Source: a virus (lineage: Duplodnaviria; Heunggongvirae; Uroviricota; Caudoviricetes). From it: a stretch of 64,000 nt of DNA. Each line of letters begins with the position of its first letter. Position 1 is the stretch's first letter. The notes beneath the pieces were generated by a model. That model was not told the DNA's origin. It ran no database searches and worked only from the letters and a program-made list of their open reading frames with translations. The stretch lies in the IMG/VR virus record IMGVR_UViG_3300042940_001739. The stretch is one strand, 5' to 3'. The position numbers and the translations under genes were made by a program. Below, piece by piece: positions 30,894 through 39,503 of the stretch.

Positions 30894-31156
30894 TGAAAAT
30901 TTTTCCTATCTATATAAGTAAGCATGAAAGAAAGTTGGTTGACAAGATCAAGCGGCTTTCTTTGAAAAAGACAACTAAGGCACCGGTGGAGGAGATTCAT
31001 CGGTCCTTGGATGTTGTAGAACACATTATTCGAGAAGCAAATGATTTCGGCTTAACTACGCGCGTAGTAACATGGGCTTTGAAGTCAATGAAAGAAAATC
31101 CTAAACAAGATATATCCGATGCAATTATTGCAGGATATGAAACATGGATCAAATGA
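30893..31156 (+). CDS. Hypothetical protein
   Basis: ATGA overlap with the groEL stop. Confidence 0.3.
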
Positions 31157-31368
31157 GACCAGTATATAAACATGGCGACTCGGCATATATAGTTATACAG
31201 CAGAAGCTCATACACTATTTTGCAAAAACAATGGATGACCAGTATCCTAACATGGAACATGTACAAATGTATATGAAATGGTTAGGTGCTGATCATGTAT
31301 TGCGAACACAAACCCATTTCCTTTTTTGTGAAACAATTCCTGACGTAGACTTTGAAATAGTAGAATAA
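31144..31368 (+). CDS. Hypothetical small protein
   Basis: ORF only. Confidence 0.25.
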   Translation: MDQMRPVYKHGDSAYIVIQQKLIHYFAKTMDDQYPNMEHVQMYMKWLGADHVLRTQTHFLFCETIPDVDFEIVE

Positions 31369-31393
31369 TTTCTTATATTATAAAAAAGAAGTT

Positions 31394-31840
31394 ATGAAAA
31401 ACAAAGTTATATTCGATCTAGACGGCACATTAGCTTTGATCGACGAAAGAAGAGCGTTAGCCGCAAAACCAGACGGCAAAATCAATTGGAAAACATTCTT
31501 TGCGCCAGAAAATATTGCATTAGACAAACCCAATGAACCAGTTATTGAAATGTTTAAATGCTTAGCTGATCGTGGATTTGAAATGATTATTTTGTCAGGA
31601 CGTGATGCAATTAGTCGTACAGAGACTAGAGCATGGTTGAAAGAACAAGGCATCTTCCCAGACATATTATGGATGCGCCCACAAGGATCATTTACACCGG
31701 ATAATGAATTAAAGCAAACTTGGTTAGGTGAGATTGGTGTAGACAATGTATTCTGTGTATTCGATGACCGAGATAAAGTAGTACAAATGTGGAGAGACAA
31801 CGGATTAACTTGTTTCCAAGTAGCTCCGGGTAATTTCTAA
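31394..31840 (+). CDS. HAD-family phosphatase (polynucleotide 3'-phosphatase-like)
   Basis: VIFDLDGTL (HAD motif I), ILSGR (motif II) and VFDDRD (motif IV), similar to the T4 Pnkp phosphatase domain. Confidence 0.55.
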   Translation: MKNKVIFDLDGTLALIDERRALAAKPDGKINWKTFFAPENIALDKPNEPVIEMFKCLADRGFEMIILSGRDAISRTETRAWLKEQGIFPDILWMRPQGSFTPDNELKQTWLGEIGVDNVFCVFDDRDKVVQMWRDNGLTCFQVAPGNF

Positions 31841-31843
31841 ACA

Positions 31844-32257
31844 ATGAAACAGTTAATTTTATTACGAGGTTTACCAGGTAGTGGTAAGAGTACTTCAGCT
31901 AAATTGTTAGGTGCCGGTGGCGCAGGTTATGCTCATTTCGAATCTGATATGTTTTTCATGGAAGATGGCAAGTATAAGTTTGATGCAACCAAATTGCGTG
32001 AAGCTCATCAGTGGTGCCAAAATGAAGTTGAACATGCAATGTTGTTGAACCATACATCTGGACACAATAGCACAATCATTGTATCAAATACATTTACTCA
32101 GGAATGGGAAATGCAGGCATACTTTGATATGGCAGATCGTTGGGACTATCGAGTAACAACGTTGATTGTAGAGAACCGCCATGGCGGCGAGAATGTACAC
32201 GGAGTACCAGCTGACAAGTTAGAACAAATGAAAAATAGATTCGAAATTAAATTATAG
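31844..32257 (+). CDS. P-loop polynucleotide 5'-kinase-like protein
   Basis: Walker A LLRGLPGSGKST. Placed between the HAD phosphatase and the RNA ligase. Confidence 0.5.
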   Translation: MKQLILLRGLPGSGKSTSAKLLGAGGAGYAHFESDMFFMEDGKYKFDATKLREAHQWCQNEVEHAMLLNHTSGHNSTIIVSNTFTQEWEMQAYFDMADRWDYRVTTLIVENRHGGENVHGVPADKLEQMKNRFEIKL

Positions 32258-32259
32258 AT

Positions 32260-33408
32260 ATGGAAAATAACAACAGCGTATGTTACGTAGGAGTCGTAAC
32301 AGAAGTAAAAGCAATTGAAGGTGCTGACAACATTGAATTAGGTGTTGTAGGCGGATGGAATGCTATCATCAAGAAAGGTGAATACTCAGTAGGCGATTAT
32401 GTTGTAGTTGCAACTACCGATGCAGTTATCCCAAAAGAAATTTCCGATTCAATTGGAGTAACCAATTATTTGCGAAAAGGACAACGTGTAAGAACAGTTA
32501 AGCTTCGCGGTGTATATAGTGAATGCTTGATCATTCCATTTGACAGCTTGCCTCAAATGAAAACAATGTATGCTACGGGTATTGGGTATTATTGGAAAGA
32601 GGGTGAAGATTTAATGAACCTTTTAGGTATTCATAAGTATGAGCCGCCAGTAGTTCAAATTCAATTAGCATCAGGTCGTAAATTCAAATATCATCAGAAT
32701 CCAAACTTCGGAGTGTATTATAAATTCCCTAACTTGAAAAATGTATCAGGGATGTTTACAGAGGAAGATCATGTTGAAATTACTCGTAAATTGCATGGTA
32801 CGAATGCTCGTTATGGAATTGTTCGTAAGAATAAATTATCATTGTTTGACAAAGTAAAACGATTCTTTGGTAATAAGTGGGTTGGATACGAATATGTATA
32901 TGGTTCACATAATGTTGAAAAAGGATCTGACTCGCAAGGTTTCTATGATACAGATGTTTGGAGAACGGTAGCTGAGAAAGAGAATATCAAAAATGTACTT
33001 TGGGAATATGCTCGCGAGTTAACTCCTGAGGAAATTGGATCTGGTGTAGTTCTATACGGAGAAATTTATGGTGCTGGTATTCAAAAGAATTATGATTATG
33101 GTTTAACGGATATTAGATTTGCTGGTTTTGATTTAGTTATAAACGGTAGATATCAGCCTGTTATTTCAAGTCGATTGACAATCAAACATGTACTTCAATT
33201 ACCATATGTAGAAGTATTACATAAAGGTTTGTGGTCACAAGAAATCCAAGATAGCTTTGTATTCAACAACTTCATTGAAGGAACTAAAGTACCACACGAA
33301 GGAATCGTAATCAAACATATCAGTGGAGAACGAAACAAAGTAGCTAAGGTAATCAATCCAGATTATTTAATCTACGGAGAAAAACATAACGTAGGAGATT
33401 CACACTAA
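32260..33408 (+). CDS. Putative ATP-dependent RNA ligase (nucleotidyltransferase superfamily) with N-terminal OB-like domain
   Basis: K-x-(D/H)-G-type motif TRKLHGTNARYG. N-terminal tRNA-binding-like OB segment VVTEVKAIEGADNIELGVVGG. Context: after phosphatase and kinase. Confidence 0.45.
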   Translation: MENNNSVCYVGVVTEVKAIEGADNIELGVVGGWNAIIKKGEYSVGDYVVVATTDAVIPKEISDSIGVTNYLRKGQRVRTVKLRGVYSECLIIPFDSLPQMKTMYATGIGYYWKEGEDLMNLLGIHKYEPPVVQIQLASGRKFKYHQNPNFGVYYKFPNLKNVSGMFTEEDHVEITRKLHGTNARYGIVRKNKLSLFDKVKRFFGNKWVGYEYVYGSHNVEKGSDSQGFYDTDVWRTVAEKENIKNVLWEYARELTPEEIGSGVVLYGEIYGAGIQKNYDYGLTDIRFAGFDLVINGRYQPVISSRLTIKHVLQLPYVEVLHKGLWSQEIQDSFVFNNFIEGTKVPHEGIVIKHISGERNKVAKVINPDYLIYGEKHNVGDSH

Positions 33409-33713
33409 TGCTAGCACGAACTAAAATAGGAAGCTTTAGAGCAACTTGGGTGTTGAGACACCGATGGGAACTAAACTCTGATTCTATGATATCAAACTAT
33501 GAAGCTAATAACATTAAAACGAATTGGCAATTAGGAGTTTGGGTAAAGAAATATCAGGTAGTTGGTAGAGTTAGACGAGGTAGTGATCGCGATACAACGA
33601 TAAAGAAAACCTTTAACAGTAGCAATCATGTTAACTGCTACATGATAGGATTAAATTTAATTGTTGCTAAAGTTTGGGTTGAGTTTAAATTCAACCCAAC
33701 CTTTGGATTTTAA
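33408..33713 (+). CDS. Doubtful ORF (odd composition), contains strong hairpin
   Basis: ORF-track only. The 3' end is a 14-bp hairpin. Confidence 0.15.
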   Translation: MLARTKIGSFRATWVLRHRWELNSDSMISNYEANNIKTNWQLGVWVKKYQVVGRVRRGSDRDTTIKKTFNSSNHVNCYMIGLNLIVAKVWVEFKFNPTFGF

Positions 33714-33716
33714 TAA
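33670..33716 (+). terminator. Strong hairpin (aaagtttgggttga-gtttaaat-tcaacccaaccttt) followed by a T-run
   Basis: ~14-bp stem with one mismatch, then ggatttt. Confidence 0.4.
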
Positions 33717-33856
33717 GGAACTGATGAACAAAGAACAAGCAAAAGACCAATTGATTGAATTATTAATGAATCAAGTAGTAGACTTAACATTGATGTCTAA
33801 GATAGAATTAGGCGATGATGTAATTGAAGAAATACGAAGACTGAAAGGTATTATCA

Positions 33857-34834
33857 ATGAGTAACATAGAACATGATTATCTTAGACTCCTTAAGGATAT
33901 CCTAGACAACGGAGTCAAGAAAGAAGATCGAACAGGTACTGGAACAATCTCAGTATTTGGAAGACAAATTAGACACAAGATGTCTGAAGGTTTCCCTTTA
34001 CTGACTACTAAGAAGATGCCTTTCAATTTAATTGCAACGGAATTGATTTGGTTTTTGATGGGGGACACGAACATCAAGTTCCTTGTTGATAACAATTGTC
34101 ACATTTGGGATGGTGATGCATATAAGAACTATTGTGTATCTTACAAAGACGGTCACGAGTTTTATGAAGATGAAGAAGTAAAACGTTCATACACACAAGA
34201 AGAATTTATCAACAAAATCAAAACAGATGATGAGTTTGCTAAGAAGTGGGGTGATTTAGGTCCTGTGTATGGGAAACAATGGAGAGAATGGAATTGCTAT
34301 AAATGGGATAAGATTGATTTCGATACTCGAATAGAATACACTGACCAAATCGCAAACCTAATCGATGATCTTAAAACAAACCCTGATAGTAGAAGACTAA
34401 TGGTTACTGCCTGGAATCCTGCAGAATTAGACCAAATGACACTTCCTCCTTGTCATTATGGGTTTCAATGCTATGTCAGAGATGGTAAGTACCTCTCTTT
34501 AATGTGGAATCAAAGATCAGTTGATACATTCTTAGGTTTACCATTCAATATAGCATCTTACGGTTTGTTATTAGAAATGATTGCTCGAGAAGTTAATATG
34601 ATCCCTGATGAATTAATTGGAAATTTAGGCGATGTACATTTATATTCAAATCATATTGAACAAGCTCGGGAACAGATTACAAGAGAGCCATTGAGATTAC
34701 CTACATTAAAAATGAGTTCAGGTCACAATTTTAGAGCAGCATTGAAAGCTAACAAAGATGAGATTGATTTGAATGATTTTATTCTGTTAAATTATAATGC
34801 TCACTCACATATTAAAGCACCTTTAAGTAATTGA
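33857..34834 (+). CDS. thyA: Thymidylate synthase (ThyA)
   Basis: EDRTGTGTISVFG, GDLGPVYGKQWR and LPPCHYGFQCYV (catalytic Cys) motifs. Confidence 0.85.
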   Translation: MSNIEHDYLRLLKDILDNGVKKEDRTGTGTISVFGRQIRHKMSEGFPLLTTKKMPFNLIATELIWFLMGDTNIKFLVDNNCHIWDGDAYKNYCVSYKDGHEFYEDEEVKRSYTQEEFINKIKTDDEFAKKWGDLGPVYGKQWREWNCYKWDKIDFDTRIEYTDQIANLIDDLKTNPDSRRLMVTAWNPAELDQMTLPPCHYGFQCYVRDGKYLSLMWNQRSVDTFLGLPFNIASYGLLLEMIAREVNMIPDELIGNLGDVHLYSNHIEQAREQITREPLRLPTLKMSSGHNFRAALKANKDEIDLNDFILLNYNAHSHIKAPLSN

Positions 34835-34845
34835 TATTTATTAAT

Positions 34846-36897
34846 ATGAAACATATACTATTAGCATTAACATTAATGCAATCCATCTTCAGCTACACGC
34901 AGTGTGTAGGAGTACAGTCAGCAACAATTACACCGCCAGCTCCTGCAGGAGGCTATCTACCAAACACTCAAGTAACTGTGTGTTACACGATGGTAGGTTG
35001 GCCTGGATTAAGTGTTGGTGCCAATTGGTTGGAAGGATTTTCTATTACTGCAGGCCCAGGCTGGAATGCACCACAACCAGTTACCGCACCAGCAGATTGT
35101 AATGGGGGAACAACCACAGGATGGTTATGGATGAACTCAGTTACTTCAACAGCAACGGGACAGACTGCAGGGCCAGGATATTTTTATGAAGGACCTACCG
35201 GGCCACAAGACAACAACCCAGGCAATGATTGGGGAGATCAAGGCAATTGTACTTGGACTATGTGTTTCTCAGTTACAACGAAGCAATCATGTTTACCACT
35301 TAACCTCAACCTAGCAGTAACAGCAGGAGCAGATGGAACGTGGGGTTCGTGGTCTAATTCAAGTTGCCCAACAACACCTTACTCAGTATACACAGGAACA
35401 CTCAATGTACCAATCGTAACGGTTGCTAGCACAGTAAAGAAAGACACATGTGGTTTAGGATTAGGATCAATACTAGTAGTACCTAGTTCAACAACATATA
35501 CTGGACCATATACCTATACATGGACTCCTAATGTAGGAAACACAGCATTCATAGGAGGTTTAACGGCAGGAACATACTCAGTTCAAATTGGATATAACAA
35601 CGGATGCATTAAGTCAGCAACATATGTAGTAGGCAATGTTCAACCAACGTATGCAGCAACATCAACCGTTGTATCATGTTATGGAGATGCAACAGGCACA
35701 GCTACCGCAACAATGACACCACCAATTGGAAACATATCTTATAATTGGTCAAACACACAAACAACGCAAACTGCAACGGGACTAGCAGCAGGACCATATA
35801 CATGTACTATTAGCAATACATTGGGATGTACTAGCACAGTACCAGTAACTATAACACAGAACCCTCAACTGCTAATACAGAACTTGTCATTGACTAATGC
35901 AACCTGCGCAGATTCAGATGCTATAATTACATATAACGCAGTAGGAGGCGTCTCTCCTTATCAATATGCACTTAACGGTGTAGGTTCAACAAATAATGAA
36001 GATTCATTAGCAGGAGGCAACTATATTATATATGTACAAGACAATCTAGGATGCAACACTGATAGCACAGTAACATTGTTATCACCAACCGTTATTACTC
36101 CTAGCATTTCTCCTAATGTAACATTGCAATGTACTCCAGGGACATTTATATTTACAAACACATCGACTCCAGCAGTTAACATAGACAGTACTATAGTAAA
36201 TTGGGGTGATGGCAACATAGACACAACCACAACGTACGCACCTATACAGCACGTATACAACACGCCGGGACTTTGGGATATCATTGTATCAACGATTTCT
36301 GATTATGGTTGTGTGTATAGCGATACATTGTATACGTTGGTTGAAACAACTCAGCCGCCAACGGCTCAATTTACTATACAACCTAACCCAACTACTGTAT
36401 ATAATACACACGTGACTTGCGATGATTGGTCGTCAGGAGTGCCTGTGCAATGGTATTGGTCAGCTCCAGGTGCTATACCGATGTCAAGCACACAACTTGA
36501 GCCATGGTTCATGTTCCCAGAAGTAGCCGGCGAACATTACATTACTTTGACAGTAACAGATGCTTATGGTTGTTGGGACACAATAACACACAAGTTCATT
36601 ATAGAAGATGCCATGTTGATATTCGTCCCTAATACATTTACTCCGGGTGGAGCAGATGAATGGAACAATGTATTTCGATGGTCGATACTAGGAATCAATG
36701 AATCAGAATTCTATATGGAAATTTGGAATCGTTGGGGACAAATAATCTGGGAGTCACGAGACCCACACTCATATTGGGATGGAACATGTAATGGGCAACT
36801 AGTACCTGATGGTTCATACAGCTGGGTTATACGAGCAACTAATAAATTAGATGCAGGTAAAAGATCTTTTATAGGAACAATTAACGTTATAAAATAA
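34846..36897 (+). CDS. Secreted repeat-rich protein with T9SS type-B (gliding-motility-associated) C-terminal domain
   Basis: Signal peptide MKHILLALTLMQSIFSYTQ. C-terminus FVPNTFTPGGADEWNNVF...MEIWNRWGQIIWESRD...WDGTCNGQLVPDGSYSWVIRA matches the CHU_C / type-B CTD. Class III motif abuts the ATG. Confidence 0.65.
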   Translation: MKHILLALTLMQSIFSYTQCVGVQSATITPPAPAGGYLPNTQVTVCYTMVGWPGLSVGANWLEGFSITAGPGWNAPQPVTAPADCNGGTTTGWLWMNSVTSTATGQTAGPGYFYEGPTGPQDNNPGNDWGDQGNCTWTMCFSVTTKQSCLPLNLNLAVTAGADGTWGSWSNSSCPTTPYSVYTGTLNVPIVTVASTVKKDTCGLGLGSILVVPSSTTYTGPYTYTWTPNVGNTAFIGGLTAGTYSVQIGYNNGCIKSATYVVGNVQPTYAATSTVVSCYGDATGTATATMTPPIGNISYNWSNTQTTQTATGLAAGPYTCTISNTLGCTSTVPVTITQNPQLLIQNLSLTNATCADSDAIITYNAVGGVSPYQYALNGVGSTNNEDSLAGGNYIIYVQDNLGCNTDSTVTLLSPTVITPSISPNVTLQCTPGTFIFTNTSTPAVNIDSTIVNWGDGNIDTTTTYAPIQHVYNTPGLWDIIVSTISDYGCVYSDTLYTLVETTQPPTAQFTIQPNPTTVYNTHVTCDDWSSGVPVQWYWSAPGAIPMSSTQLEPWFMFPEVAGEHYITLTVTDAYGCWDTITHKFIIEDAMLIFVPNTFTPGGADEWNNVFRWSILGINESEFYMEIWNRWGQIIWESRDPHSYWDGTCNGQLVPDGSYSWVIRATNKLDAGKRSFIGTINVIK

Positions 36898-36901
36898 AAA
36901 T

Positions 36902-37324
36902 ATGGAAGCATTAAATACACACCCAATCAAAAAAAGTGACCTAGGTTTTCACGGCAATCTATTCGGAGGTAAACTCTTATCATGGATAGATGCTTCCGCC
37001 GCAGGATACGCTATGCAATTGTGTGATACGCCCCGTATGGTGACAGTATCAATTGATCAATGCAACTTCGAACGTCCAGCAAAAGAATCTCAATTGCTAA
37101 AGATATATGGAGAGCCTGTTAGGGTAGGTAACACATCAGTAACATTATATATGGAAGCACGTGCGCATAATGTATATACCGGCAAACAAGATCTTGTATT
37201 AAAAACTAATACTACATTTGTTCAGATTGATGAAGGAGGCAATGCAATACCTTTAGGTGAAAAGGCAAAAGAGCGTATACGCAATCTTTTATTAGAAAAA
37301 TCTAAGGGAGAACTTGGAAAGTAA
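36902..37324 (+). CDS. Acyl-CoA thioesterase, hot-dog fold (YciA-like)
   Basis: HGNLFGGKLLSWIDASAAGYA...VTVSIDQCNFERPAK pattern. Confidence 0.6.
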   Translation: MEALNTHPIKKSDLGFHGNLFGGKLLSWIDASAAGYAMQLCDTPRMVTVSIDQCNFERPAKESQLLKIYGEPVRVGNTSVTLYMEARAHNVYTGKQDLVLKTNTTFVQIDEGGNAIPLGEKAKERIRNLLLEKSKGELGK

Positions 37325-37358
37325 TTGATTTTTCTTTATAATATATAAAAATAAAGAG

Positions 37359-37511
37359 ATGGAAATTATTAAATTGATTAACGACACATGGCAATTGATT
37401 GACGAACAAGGATCAGTATTAAAACAAGGTACTTGGGATGACTGTTCAGATCGATTATGTGAAATTGAAAATGAACAATACCGAGACTTTTTATTGATGA
37501 CTGGTATTTAA
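37359..37511 (+). CDS. Small hypothetical protein (50 aa) immediately upstream of the tRNA cluster
   Basis: ATG preceded by the class II motif tttctttataatatataaaaataaagag. Stop 3 nt before the first tRNA. Confidence 0.3.
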   Translation: MEIIKLINDTWQLIDEQGSVLKQGTWDDCSDRLCEIENEQYRDFLLMTGI

Positions 37512-37514
37512 TAT

Positions 37515-37596
37515 GCCTAGGTGTTGGAATTGGTAGACATAACGGTCTTAGAAACCGTGGCTGAAAAGCGTGAGAGTTCGAGTCTCTCCCAAGGTA
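37515..37596 (+). tRNA. tRNA-Leu (anticodon TAG), type II with long variable arm
   Basis: GGAATTGGTAGAC D-loop; anticodon stem ACGGT/ACCGT with loop CTTAGAA; T-arm GAGAG-TTCGAGT-CTCTC. One acceptor mismatch (5:68). Confidence 0.55.
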
Positions 37597-37648
37597 CACA
37601 GACAGTAACGGTAGCGCGTACGCAAGGTTTAAACGCCGTTACTAGCAT

Positions 37649-37720
37649 GTTCCGTTAGTGAAGCGGTCAACACGCTGCACTTTCACGGCAGAGGCACGGG
37701 TTCGATTCCCGTACGGAATA
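37649..37720 (+). tRNA. tRNA-Glu (anticodon TTC), tentative
   Basis: Cloverleaf by hand: acceptor GTTCCGT/ACGGAAT, T-arm ACGGG-TTCGATT-CCCGT, anticodon loop CTTTCAC. 31:39 mismatch. Confidence 0.4.
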
Positions 37721-37725
37721 CATAT

Positions 37726-37798
37726 TGCGGGGTGGAGAAGATGGTATTCTCGGCGGGCTCATAACCCGAGGACGCAGGTTCGAATCCTGTCCCCGCTA
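37726..37798 (+). tRNA. tRNA-Met, initiator type (anticodon CAT)
   Basis: Close to the E. coli tRNA-fMet pattern: GCGGGGTGGAG..., anticodon stem with three G:C pairs (CGGGCTCATAACCCG), unpaired 1:72, T-arm GCAGG-TTCGAAT-CCTGT. Confidence 0.6.
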
Positions 37799-37862
37799 CT
37801 AGAGCGATCCACCGTGCGCTATATAAAAAAGGTTGCGTTGGCAATGTTACACGGTGGACGAT

Positions 37863-37946
37863 GCCCGGGTGGTGGAATAGGTAGACACGCCGGACTTAAA
37901 ATCCTGTGCCTGTATGGGCGTGCGGGTTCAAGTCCCGCCCCGGGTA
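37863..37946 (+). tRNA. tRNA-Leu (anticodon TAA), type II
   Basis: GCCCGGGTGGTGGAATAGGTAGACAC...CTTAAAA...GCGGGTTCAAGTCCCGCCCCGGGTA, near-identical architecture to E. coli leuZ. Confidence 0.65.
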
Positions 37947-38071
37947 CAAAGAGAAGTGGCAAGCTGTAGTAATAATTAGGAGCCTAAACCGCGAAAAAGG
38001 GTTAATAGTAGCGAATCCGGAGGCATTGTTATTACCAGTAACCCCGAAAGACCCGAAGCTTCTCTTTATTT

Positions 38072-38145
38072 GGTCTTTTAACTCAGTTGGTTAGAGTAGC
38101 TCGCTCATAACGAGAAAGTCCCAGGTTCGAGTCCTGGATGGACCA
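38072..38145 (+). tRNA. tRNA-Met (elongator) or tRNA-Ile2 (anticodon CAT)
   Basis: TAACTCAGTTGGTTAGAGTA D-arm, loop CTCATAA, T-arm CCAGG-TTCGAGT-CCTGG. Acceptor has one mismatch. Confidence 0.5.
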
Positions 38146-38182
38146 CAAAATATATAATTAATTAAATAAAAAGTTAAATAGT

Positions 38183-39094
38183 ATGAAACACGCATTATCA
38201 TCTAAAGGATTGTCATTATCTCAAGCACAATCAATTTCAAATCTTTGTAACCAAAGAAGCCGAGACATTCAATCAAATATTTCAGTAATCAACAATGCTG
38301 AAAAGATACTTAAGTTCGAAGGAGCAGATTTAGTATCGCAAACTGGTAACCCAATGCCAGCAAACATTGTTGAATTGTTACAAGAAAAGTCTCGTTTGCA
38401 TGCAACTCAAGCATTCTTAATGGAAAACATCAAAGCTAAGGAGGAGTTGCTAGCAAATGAACGAAGAGCGTCATTACGATTTGAAAAAGAGTCTCCAAAC
38501 TCTCCGGATTTTGAATATGCAGAAGAATTAGATCATGTATCTGAGTCTTGGGGTTGGGATCAATTGACAACGTCTCAGTGGGAAGAATACTTAGAAGCTG
38601 AAGCTTACGCATCTCATATTGGTCAATTTATTCATAAAGGTGGCAAATTAGATGAGTTGCGTAAGGAATTACCAACTATGGAATTGTTAGAGTGGGCAGA
38701 AATTGAAACTGGAAAGAAAACTCCAGTGCAAGTTGAGAAACATCACACGTTATCAGGGTTGTCAGCAATTCACGAAGAATTATCCATGTTGCACCGAGGA
38801 TATGAACAACGAGTTAACTATTTCAAGGCTATGGTTAAGAATGCAGTAACCGTTGAAAATGCTAGACGAGAGCGTGTAAATGCAGACGAGGCCGCGCGCG
38901 TTAATCAAATCAATGACGTATTGAAGTCTGATTATGACACGCTTCGAAGAGAATGGATTGAAGCTAGAAAACAAGCAGAGTTTGCTTTCAATGAAGCTAA
39001 GCAAAAAGAAATTGCAAGAATTGCAGCATTGAGAATTGAAGTTCCAGCTCGATTCCAACCAGTAGTTGATGAGTTCCTTAAAGGATTAGAATAA
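38183..39094 (+). CDS. Hypothetical protein (coiled-coil rich)
   Basis: ORF only. Confidence 0.3.
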   Translation: MKHALSSKGLSLSQAQSISNLCNQRSRDIQSNISVINNAEKILKFEGADLVSQTGNPMPANIVELLQEKSRLHATQAFLMENIKAKEELLANERRASLRFEKESPNSPDFEYAEELDHVSESWGWDQLTTSQWEEYLEAEAYASHIGQFIHKGGKLDELRKELPTMELLEWAEIETGKKTPVQVEKHHTLSGLSAIHEELSMLHRGYEQRVNYFKAMVKNAVTVENARRERVNADEAARVNQINDVLKSDYDTLRREWIEARKQAEFAFNEAKQKEIARIAALRIEVPARFQPVVDEFLKGLE

Positions 39095-39101
39095 TTGGGT
39101 T

Positions 39102-39141
39102 AGCATACGGGATAAGCACAAGCCGTGTCTCGTATGCTTTT
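39102..39141 (+). terminator. Rho-independent terminator (agcatacg...cgtatgct + TTTT)
   Basis: 8-bp stem, 21-nt loop, T-run. Confidence 0.5.
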
Positions 39142-39149
39142 ATGTTGGA

Positions 39150-39440
39150 TGATGAAGTTTTTTATGATATATAAAGATACATATAAACTACATTTAGGAA
39201 ACCTGCTCTGGTGGGTTTCATGACTCTGCGCTAATGCGCTCACATCCGCTTCCTTTACAAACTACCAAAACTGAGATAGAACTCAATTGATAGACAGGTT
39301 AAGTACCTAGCGGCGTACAATTGGCTATCGAACGGACTTAGTTTTTGATTTTGTCTTTGCAGTAAGGGAAGGTCTTTGATTTGGCATTTGACTATGATTT
39401 AGTCTATATGCTTTATCATCCAGCAACTCGATATTATTAT
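39150..39440 (+). ncRNA. Candidate non-coding transcript between two terminators
   Basis: ~290 nt with no ORF longer than 24 aa, bounded by the terminators at 39102-39141 and 39441-39467. Internal hairpin gaaacc-tgctctggtg-ggtttc. Confidence 0.25.
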
Positions 39441-39467
39441 GCCCTAGCAGAAATGTTAGGGCTTTTT
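39441..39467 (+). terminator. Rho-independent terminator (gccctagc-agaaat-gttagggc + T5)
   Basis: Conserved hairpin family with the AGAAAT loop. Confidence 0.55.
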
Positions 39468-39503
39468 ATTTGGATATATAAACATTATTCTATATAATAT
39501 AGT

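Noticed and set aside
33857-34834. dCMP/dUMP hydroxymethylase (DNA hypermodification) as an alternative to ThyA
   Set aside because: The DRTGTGT, GDLGPVYGKQWR and PCH motifs and the insert pattern match bona fide thymidylate synthase; there are no hydroxymethylase-specific features I can see.
37378-38094. ORF-track entries 37378..37599 (-), 37658..37969 (+) and 37906..38094 (+) as protein genes
   Set aside because: They overlap the tRNA genes and structured spacers and have an Arg/Gly-rich composition typical of translated tRNA DNA. Treated as spurious.
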